64,000 nucleotides of DNA from Alphaproteobacteria bacterium (GTDB taxonomy: Bacteria > Pseudomonadota > Alphaproteobacteria > UBA8366). The DNA is taken from positions 1,090,495 to 1,154,494 of the forward strand of contig OZ245815.1 of the NCBI GenBank assembly GCA_965228425.1, written 5' to 3'. A program made the position numbers and the translations under genes. The notes beneath the pieces were generated by a model that worked only from the letters and a program-made list of their open reading frames with translations, was not told where the DNA came from and ran no database searches. This document shows positions 9,689 through 16,426 of this stretch, in pieces. Numbering within the stretch: position 1 is the stretch's first letter; every line of letters begins with the position of its first letter.

Positions 9689-10933
9689 ATGAAGTTGACG
9701 GACTACGAGGAAAGCATCCGCGCGGGCGATCTGGGCGAGCCGCGACGGCTCGCGCTGGAGCATCAAATCAAGGTCGGGCAATTCTTCGACGCCGAGGATC
9801 TGGTGGAGATCAGCCAGGTGCATCTGATGGCCGATACGGAATCGCTGGGAGCGGCGGGTGTCGAGTTTCTGGAAAAGGTCGCGGGCTACCCCAAAGACGA
9901 GCGGCGTACGGTGGTGCCGACGGTGACCGATCCGCGCGGCACCGATTTCAACGCCTACAAGCGACTGAAGCAGCAGGAAGATTGGGTCGATCTGGAACGC
10001 CGAGCGGTCGACGCGTTCCAATCGCTCGACGTGATGATGACCGATACCTGCATCAACTATCAGGTGATCATCCCGCCGGTGCAGGGCGAACATGTGGCGT
10101 TCGGCGACACCGGGTCGAGCATCTACACCAACAGCGTGCTGGGCGCCCGGACCAATTTCGAGGGCGGTCCCTCGGCGCTGGCCGCCGCGCTGACCGGGCG
10201 GACGCCGCGCTACGGATTTCATTTGGACGAGCGCCGCCGCGGCACGTCGCATTACGTGCTGGAAACCCGGCCGCAGGACTGGGCCGACTGGGGCGCGGTC
10301 GGCGGCATCATCGGCCGGGATATGGGGTCCTATTGGGAAGTGCCGGTGATCGACGGTATCGACGGGACGCCGACCTCAGATGAGATGAAACATCTCGGCG
10401 CGGCGATGGCGAGTTTCGGGTCGACGCCGTTGTTCCATATGGTCGGGGTTACGCCGGAAGCGCCGTCGCTGCAGACGGTGTTCGACGGGTCACCGCCGGA
10501 CCCGGTCCGCATCACCCGCGCCGACATCGATGCCTTCTACGATTCCTACGGCGTGTCGGACGACCGGCTCGACGTGGTGGTGTTCGCCGCGCCGCAATTG
10601 TCGCTGTTCGAGTTGCAGCGCCTCGGCCATCTGCTTGACGGTCGCAGGGTCAGTGACGCGACCACCCTGATCGCGGCGACCGCGCCGGAAATCAAGAAGG
10701 CCGCCGACCGGATGGGGATCACCGCGCAGATCGAGGGCGCCGGCGGCATCCTGCTTGAAGGGGTCTGCTTCTACCAGATGTACGCTCGCGAGGTCGGCGA
10801 GGCGAACGGTTGGAAGCGCCTGATGAGCAACTCGGCGAAGATCGTGAACATTCTGGGCGGTTACGGTTATGAGCCGGTCCTGTCCACCATGGAGCGGTGT
10901 GTCGATTCGGCCGTCGCCGGGAGGATCGTCTGA
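9689..10933 (+). CDS. Aconitase X (AcnX) large/catalytic subunit, DUF521-type
   Basis: Trimmed to ATG 9689 (GGGGAG upstream), giving 414 aa. MKLTDYEESIRAGDLGEP...QVHLMADTESLG and the overall layout match my memory of DUF521/AcnX proteins. Confidence 0.78.
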   Translation: MKLTDYEESIRAGDLGEPRRLALEHQIKVGQFFDAEDLVEISQVHLMADTESLGAAGVEFLEKVAGYPKDERRTVVPTVTDPRGTDFNAYKRLKQQEDWVDLERRAVDAFQSLDVMMTDTCINYQVIIPPVQGEHVAFGDTGSSIYTNSVLGARTNFEGGPSALAAALTGRTPRYGFHLDERRRGTSHYVLETRPQDWADWGAVGGIIGRDMGSYWEVPVIDGIDGTPTSDEMKHLGAAMASFGSTPLFHMVGVTPEAPSLQTVFDGSPPDPVRITRADIDAFYDSYGVSDDRLDVVVFAAPQLSLFELQRLGHLLDGRRVSDATTLIAATAPEIKKAADRMGITAQIEGAGGILLEGVCFYQMYAREVGEANGWKRLMSNSAKIVNILGGYGYEPVLSTMERCVDSAVAGRIV

Positions 10934-11343
10934 TGGCCGATCGGATCATCCAAGGACATGTGGGTATCGGCGATACGGTCACCGGACCGGCGCTGGTGGC
11001 CGACGATAACTTCAGCGCCCGCTACGACCTCAACCGGATCGATGGCACTTTCTCGCGCGAGGCACACAAGCTGTACGGCCGGAGCTATCTCGGAAATGTG
11101 CTGATCCTCAACATCGCTAAGGGCGGCGTGGCGACGGCCTGGATGCTGTATGAAATGGTGTCCCGCGACCGGGCGCCGCTGGCGCTTGTGCTGAACTACG
11201 CCAACCCGATCATGGCGCAGGGGGCCGCGCATGCGGATTTCCCGCTGCTCGACCGGTTCGATTGCGATATCACAGCCGCGGTGAAGACCGGCGACCGGGT
11301 CACGGTGGACCCGGCGGCGGGGCAGCTTATCGTCCACGAATGA
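10933..11343 (+). CDS. Aconitase X (AcnX) small/swivel subunit, DUF126-type
   Basis: The ATG at 10933 shares one nt with the upstream TGA (TGATG), indicating translational coupling. 136 aa. GPALVADDNFSARYDL and ILNIAKGGVATAWMLYEM are DUF126-like. Confidence 0.78.
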   Translation: MADRIIQGHVGIGDTVTGPALVADDNFSARYDLNRIDGTFSREAHKLYGRSYLGNVLILNIAKGGVATAWMLYEMVSRDRAPLALVLNYANPIMAQGAAHADFPLLDRFDCDITAAVKTGDRVTVDPAAGQLIVHE

Positions 11344-11365
11344 CGCGGCACGCGCCCGTTCAGCG

Positions 11366-12235
11366 CTAACCTTCGGCTTGGAAGGTCTGCAAGATTTGCT
11401 CGACCGCGGCGTCGACCTTGAGCTGCAGCATCTTCTCGCCGATTTCGGCGCTCGCCCGCGTCGGGTCGCCGATAACGCCGCTGGCCGCCATGCCGGCCTC
11501 GCTGCTCGACCGGCGCCGGTCCAGCCGGATACCGGCGGGATGCACCGCCAGCAGTTCCGACGTATCGCGGATGCCCGCGTGGCTGCCGATGGCGGTTTCG
11601 CTTTCGCCGCTGGTCAGCAGCCAGTCGACCTGGCCGTTGGCGCTGTAGTAATTCGCGACATGCAGGACGGCGACGCCGGAACCGATCCATTCCTCGTTCA
11701 GCTTCTTCGCGACCGTCGCCTGAATGGCCTGGTTCCCGCCGCTATCGCCGATGAAGCAAATCGTTCTGAAACCGTGCGCTTTCAAACTGCGGGCCGTCGA
11801 TTCGAGAACCGCGGCGAACACGTCCTCGGAAACGCTGATCGTTCCCGGGTAAGCCATGTGACCCGTCGGCGGTGAAATTTTGCCCTCGGGCACATAGGAC
11901 ATCACCGGCGTGACCAGCGCGTTGCCGAGCTGTTGCGCGATCTTGCCGGCGGTATGCCGAACCACATAGTTGTGCTTGCCCAGCACCATGTGCGGGCCGT
12001 TCTGTTCGGTACCGCCGGTCGGGACGATGGCGGTGGTGTGGCCGGCGCGGACCAATGCGCGCACCTCGGTCCAAGTCAGGTCTTCCAGATGAACCGGCAG
12101 GTTCTCGGTTGCGATCGGGGTGACGTCCCGGTATTCGCCGGTGTCGGTGCCGTTCAGCAATTGATTCGGCAGATAGGTCAGGCCGGCAACGCCCGCGACC
12201 GCGAGGACGGCGGCTACGATGAGTACGCGCTTCAT
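11366..12235 (-). CDS. Creatininase-fold amidohydrolase family protein with N-terminal signal/anchor
   Basis: MKRVLIVAAVLAVAGVAGL is a signal or anchor sequence. Family motifs: LEDLTWTEV, IVPTGGTEQNGPHMVLGKHN, YPGTISV and CFIGDSGGNQ. The start overlaps the upstream stop (ATGA). Confidence 0.75.
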   Translation of the reverse strand: MKRVLIVAAVLAVAGVAGLTYLPNQLLNGTDTGEYRDVTPIATENLPVHLEDLTWTEVRALVRAGHTTAIVPTGGTEQNGPHMVLGKHNYVVRHTAGKIAQQLGNALVTPVMSYVPEGKISPPTGHMAYPGTISVSEDVFAAVLESTARSLKAHGFRTICFIGDSGGNQAIQATVAKKLNEEWIGSGVAVLHVANYYSANGQVDWLLTSGESETAIGSHAGIRDTSELLAVHPAGIRLDRRRSSSEAGMAASGVIGDPTRASAEIGEKMLQLKVDAAVEQILQTFQAEG

Positions 12236-13227
12236 GTCTGGCTCCGTTTAGGGGAATGGTATTTTGCGAAGACGATCCGGAACGGGCGCGCATAAAGCTG
12301 CCACACGCTGTCGAAGGCTTGGTGTTCGTCTCCGTCGAGTCCGAAATTCAGGGTCTCGCGGCTCTTCGGCACATAAAGGGTCCCGGCGAAGGCGTCCCAG
12401 AAGGCGAAGATGAATCCGAGATTCTTGTCGAAATGCTTCTCGGCGCTGCTGTGATGGATTTGATGTTGCGCGGGGCTGATCAGGAAATGACTGACCGCCT
12501 GCGGGTAGCTGACCCAGACATGCGAATGCCGCAAATTGTATCCGGCGAGATAAAACAGAAAGAGAAAGATGTTGAGGTTGAACAACACCACGGTCGTCGG
12601 CGATGCCGCGTATATCGTCCGGAAGATACCGTCGACTACGCCCAGGATCAGCGCCGACAGGAAGCCGGTCAGGATGTCGTCGACCGGGTGCATGCGATAG
12701 ACCGTAATCGGCGTCAGGACTTCCGCCGAGTGATGCACCTTATGGAATTCCCACAGCGCGGGGACCTTATGCTGCAGAAAATGCGCGAGGAAGATGGCGC
12801 CATCCATCGCAATGATCATGATAAGCGTGTAGCCGATATGGTCGCCGGCGCCGGGGATAAGGCCCCAACCGTCCGAGCCGGCAAGCGGCGCCAGCGCGCT
12901 CTTGGTCAGGCCGGCGACCGCCGGGGCGCCCAGCAGGATCGGGCTAACGATCAGCGCCATGCCGAAGGCGTTGATGACGAAATACTTGTAGTCGACGATG
13001 GCGGAGCGGTGCAGAAACACGTCACGCGGCAGCAGGAATTCCTTGAATTCGCGCCAGCCGGCCACTGCCGGTCCAATTCGCCCATTAAGAGTCCGGCCGT
13101 AAAGATAGGCGCCGGCGGCGATGATCCCGGCGGACAGCAGATACAGCCAATAGATCCGCTGATCTCCCATTACGGGATAGAAAAACGGCGAAATCGCCTT
13201 CGCGAAGATGCTGAGCGCGGTGTCCAT
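12232..13227 (-). CDS. Fatty acid hydroxylase / sterol desaturase superfamily integral membrane di-iron enzyme
   Basis: Several hydrophobic helices plus His boxes HFLQHKVPALWEFHKVHHS and HSHVW...HQIHHS. 331 aa. Confidence 0.8.
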   Translation of the reverse strand: MDTALSIFAKAISPFFYPVMGDQRIYWLYLLSAGIIAAGAYLYGRTLNGRIGPAVAGWREFKEFLLPRDVFLHRSAIVDYKYFVINAFGMALIVSPILLGAPAVAGLTKSALAPLAGSDGWGLIPGAGDHIGYTLIMIIAMDGAIFLAHFLQHKVPALWEFHKVHHSAEVLTPITVYRMHPVDDILTGFLSALILGVVDGIFRTIYAASPTTVVLFNLNIFLFLFYLAGYNLRHSHVWVSYPQAVSHFLISPAQHQIHHSSAEKHFDKNLGFIFAFWDAFAGTLYVPKSRETLNFGLDGDEHQAFDSVWQLYARPFRIVFAKYHSPKRSQT

Positions 13228-13330
13228 ACAGAAGTCCCCGATGAGGCCACTTTTTAGGACTTTGGCCTTAAGAAGTTGTTAACTTATGGGAGCGGAATCG
13301 GGGTCTGCCGCGGTCGGGGAGAGTGGGACT

Positions 13331-14119
13331 ATGCAGCGGTATCGAATGGCGCTTGTGACCGGGGCGACGAGCGGGATCGGCACGGCCTTTGCCGAGGCGT
13401 TGCCGCGGGAGACCAGCTTGCTGTTGACCGGACGGGACCGCGCGGCGTTGGATGCACTGGCCGAGAGACTTGCCGCCGAGGGGCGCACGGTCGAAACCCA
13501 TGCCGCCGATCTGGCGGCCGAGGCCGACCGGGCCGAATTGGTCGACTGGGCCGAGGCGCTTGGTGTCGATCTGTTGATCAACAATGCCGGGCTCGGCGTG
13601 TTCGGGCCCGTGACCGGGAATGCCCTCGACCGCGAGATGGAGATGATCGCGGTCAACGTCACCGCCGTCGTTCACCTGACCCGCGCGCTGCTGCCCGGCA
13701 TGACCGCGCGGGCGCGCACCGACGGTGGACGCGCGGGGCTGATCATCGTATCCAGTGTCGTCGCATTCACGCCGGTGCCCATGCTTGCCACCTACGCCGC
13801 CACCAAAACGTTTGAACTAAGCTTCGGCGAGGCGCTTGCCGACGAAGTGAAGGACGCGCCGGTCGATGTGCTGGTGCTGTGTCCGGGCGCCACGCGGACG
13901 AAATTCTTCGATCGGGCCGGGATGGCCAAGACGCCGGGCTATTCGGAAATGCCGGAACCGGTCGCCCGCAAGGCGTTGCGCGCCTTGGGCCGGAAGCGGG
14001 TTCTGGTGAGCCAGCCGCCGGCACGGACGGCGCTGCTGTTGGCGACGGCGCGGCGGCGGCTGATGGTAGCCGGGGCGGGCCGGGTGATGCGGCGGATCGC
14101 GGGACGCGAGGGGGAATGA
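13331..14119 (+). CDS. Short-chain dehydrogenase/reductase (SDR)
   Basis: Trimmed to ATG 13331 (GGGGAGAG upstream). MALVTGATSGIGTAFA is the TGxxxGxG motif, followed by NNAG and YAATK (YxxxK). Confidence 0.85.
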   Translation: MQRYRMALVTGATSGIGTAFAEALPRETSLLLTGRDRAALDALAERLAAEGRTVETHAADLAAEADRAELVDWAEALGVDLLINNAGLGVFGPVTGNALDREMEMIAVNVTAVVHLTRALLPGMTARARTDGGRAGLIIVSSVVAFTPVPMLATYAATKTFELSFGEALADEVKDAPVDVLVLCPGATRTKFFDRAGMAKTPGYSEMPEPVARKALRALGRKRVLVSQPPARTALLLATARRRLMVAGAGRVMRRIAGREGE

Positions 14120-15801
14120 GCACCGTGAAAACCGACGGCGCCGCGATGTATTTCGTGGCGCGCGATCTCGACTCCGAGCGCGTGATCGGCCTGGATATGG
14201 CGGTCGAGCGCCTGATCGACGCCTATCTCCGCTATGCCCGGCAGGAGCGGCTGTTCTGTTACGCCGAGAACACGGACGCCTTCGAGCAGTTCAAGCAGCG
14301 CGCGGTCGCGCAGGGACGGGCGGCGGACGATTGCGCCTTTATTGCGCTCACCGAATCCGAACGCTTGATCGAGGCGGGTTGCCTGATGCAGCCGGATCCG
14401 AACATCGCGCCTTATGCCTGGACGCGCCGGGCGCAGGACCAGCGTGCCTACAGCTTGTGCGGGATCAGCCACACCATGTCCTCCGCCGCCGTGATGGATG
14501 CGGTCGCCAATTGCGTGCACTACCCGACACAGGAATGGGACGCGATCATTTGTCCGTCGCGGGCGATTGCGGGTGCGATTCAAGCGCTATGGGACGAATG
14601 GCGCGCCTATTTGGCGGACCGGGCCGGCGGGCGTATCGCCTGTCCGGTGCAGTTGCCGATTGTGCCGTTGGGAATCGATACGGATGAATTTGCCAAGAAT
14701 CGCGATGTCGGCCGCGGGGTCGCCCTGCGCCGGGAACTAGGGTTGACCGACGATGCCTTCGTGATGCTGTTCCACGGCCGGATTAGTTTCTATTCCAAGG
14801 CCCATCCGCTGCCCTTTCTGCAGGCGGCGGAGCGGTTGGCCGAACGGCTGTCGACCCCGGTCAGCATGGTCTTCTACGGATATTTCGACACCGAGCGGTT
14901 CGAGGCGGAATTCAACGCCCTGGCGGCGGAGGTCTGTACGAAAGCCGAGGTTCGCGTCGTCGCCAACAGCGATTCCCGGTTCCCCGATGGGGTGTGGCCC
15001 GGCGCCGACGTCTTCCTGTCCCTGGCCGATAATATCCAGGAAAGCTTCGGGTTGGCGCCGATCGAGGCGATGGCGAGTGGGTTGCCGGTCGTCGCGACCG
15101 ACTGGGACGGATACCGCGACACGGTAACGAACGGTGTCGAAGGTTTTCTGGTGCCGACACTGACCCCGCCGCCGGGGGCGGGCAGCGCCAATGCGACGCG
15201 CTACCTTGCCGGCGAGGACAGCTACGGCAGTTTTATCGCGGGCGCCAGCCAGACCACCGCGGTGGATGTCGAAGCGGTCACGGACGCTTTGCACGAATTG
15301 GCCGTGAATACGGACCTGCGTCACCGTATGGCGGAAGCGGGCGTGCAAAGGGCCGAGTCGATCTATGACTGGCGGTATGTCATCCCGGCATACGAAACCG
15401 TGTGGGAAGAACTCGCCGGCCGGCGCGCGAAAGGCGCGGAATCGGCGGCCCGGTCACCGCATCGCGCCGCTCATCCGCTGCGGCCGGACCCCTACAGGAT
15501 GTTCGCGGGCTTTCCAACGGAACATCTCTCGCTGCAGGACAGGATCGAGATCGCGGCAACATCCGTCGAGACAATAAATCAGTTGATCCGGCATCGCATG
15601 AACATGTTCACGCCGGACATCCTGTTGAGTGCGGACGATATTGCGGCATTGGTCAATGCCGTGGGGCGCCGTCCCGGCACGGCGCTTGCGGTGCTGGTTC
15701 CCGATCTCGCGAACGACGATCCGGCGCGTCTGCTTCGGACGGTGGCCTGGATGGTGAAGCTGGGATACCTGCGGCGCCTTGCGCCGGCCCCGGAACGGTA
15801 G
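14116..15801 (+). CDS. GT-B glycosyltransferase (GT4 / group 1 family) with extra C-terminal region
   Basis: The ATG at 14116 overlaps the SDR stop (ATGA). ESFGLAPIEAMASGLPVVATDWDGYRDTVTNGVEGFLVP is the classic GT4 EX7E region. 561 aa. Confidence 0.8.
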   Translation: MSTVKTDGAAMYFVARDLDSERVIGLDMAVERLIDAYLRYARQERLFCYAENTDAFEQFKQRAVAQGRAADDCAFIALTESERLIEAGCLMQPDPNIAPYAWTRRAQDQRAYSLCGISHTMSSAAVMDAVANCVHYPTQEWDAIICPSRAIAGAIQALWDEWRAYLADRAGGRIACPVQLPIVPLGIDTDEFAKNRDVGRGVALRRELGLTDDAFVMLFHGRISFYSKAHPLPFLQAAERLAERLSTPVSMVFYGYFDTERFEAEFNALAAEVCTKAEVRVVANSDSRFPDGVWPGADVFLSLADNIQESFGLAPIEAMASGLPVVATDWDGYRDTVTNGVEGFLVPTLTPPPGAGSANATRYLAGEDSYGSFIAGASQTTAVDVEAVTDALHELAVNTDLRHRMAEAGVQRAESIYDWRYVIPAYETVWEELAGRRAKGAESAARSPHRAAHPLRPDPYRMFAGFPTEHLSLQDRIEIAATSVETINQLIRHRMNMFTPDILLSADDIAALVNAVGRRPGTALAVLVPDLANDDPARLLRTVAWMVKLGYLRRLAPAPER

Positions 15802-15807
15802 ACGGCG

Positions 15808-16293
15808 CTACGCGCCCGCCGTGGCATCGAGCGGCAGCGCCGTGCCGTATTTCACCTGTTTCAGCGAGAAGCTCGACTTGATGCTGGTGACGCCGGCTAC
15901 CTTGGTCAGGTGATCCATTAGAAATCGCTCATAGGCCGCCAGATCGGCGACGACGACCCGCAACAAGTAGTCCGCGTCGCCGGTCATCAGATGACATTCC
16001 AGAACCTCCGGCCAACCGAGGACGGCCGATTCGAAAATCTCCAAAGCCGATTCCGCCTGCCGCTCCAACGAGACTTGGATGAACACGCTGACCGGCAAAC
16101 CCGCCGCGCCGGGGTCGACCAAGGTCACATAACGCGCGATGACCCCGCTTTGTTCGAGATCGCGGACCCGCCGCCAACAGGGTGACGGCGACACACCGAC
16201 GGCGGCCGCGAGGTCGACGTTGGAGATGCGCGCGTTTTCCTGGAGCCGGGTCAAGATGCGGCGATCTATCTCATCTAAGGTAGTTTTGGGCAC
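15808..16293 (-). CDS. Lrp/AsnC family transcriptional regulator
   Basis: LDEIDRRILTRLQENARISNVDLAAAVGVSPSPCWRRVRDLEQSGVI is the HTH, followed by an RAM/AsnC_trans_reg-like C-terminus. I prefer the GTG at 16293 (161 aa); the ATG at 16347 is an alternative. Confidence 0.85.
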   Translation of the reverse strand: MPKTTLDEIDRRILTRLQENARISNVDLAAAVGVSPSPCWRRVRDLEQSGVIARYVTLVDPGAAGLPVSVFIQVSLERQAESALEIFESAVLGWPEVLECHLMTGDADYLLRVVVADLAAYERFLMDHLTKVAGVTSIKSSFSLKQVKYGTALPLDATAGA

Positions 16294-16317
16294 ATTCCGT
16301 TCCAAATAAAGCCTAGA

Positions 16318-16335
16318 TTGGCACAATATTGCCAA
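16318..16335. promoter_or_regulatory. Inverted repeat TTGGCA-N6-TGCCAA in the Lrp / E1 divergent intergenic region (candidate operator)
   Basis: The sequence is TTGGCACAATATTGCCAA with perfect 6-bp arms. It lies in the 133-bp AT-richer gap between the starts at 16293 (-) and 16427 (+). Confidence 0.4.
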
Positions 16336-16426
16336 TACAAGCTTCATTAACGCAATCTTTGCAAGGATCGTCTTAGCTTCCGGACATATAATGGCGATAG
16401 GTTCACAGTCGATACAGGAGTCGGTG

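Noticed and set aside
8585-10252. Long 5' extensions of track ORFs (8585..10252, 26052..27776, 36572..38326, 13879..15801, 62290..63126, 32737..33969)
   Set aside because: The extensions are Arg/Pro-rich and non-homologous, and they overlap neighbouring genes or promoters. Internal starts with Shine-Dalgarno sequences give proteins of canonical length and N-termini.
16318-16335. Sigma-54 promoter look-alike TGGCAC-N4-TTGC upstream of the E1 gene
   Set aside because: The spacing between the GG and GC dinucleotides is one nucleotide short of the strict -24/-12 geometry. No enhancer-binding-protein gene is nearby. I retained it only as an inverted repeat and candidate operator.
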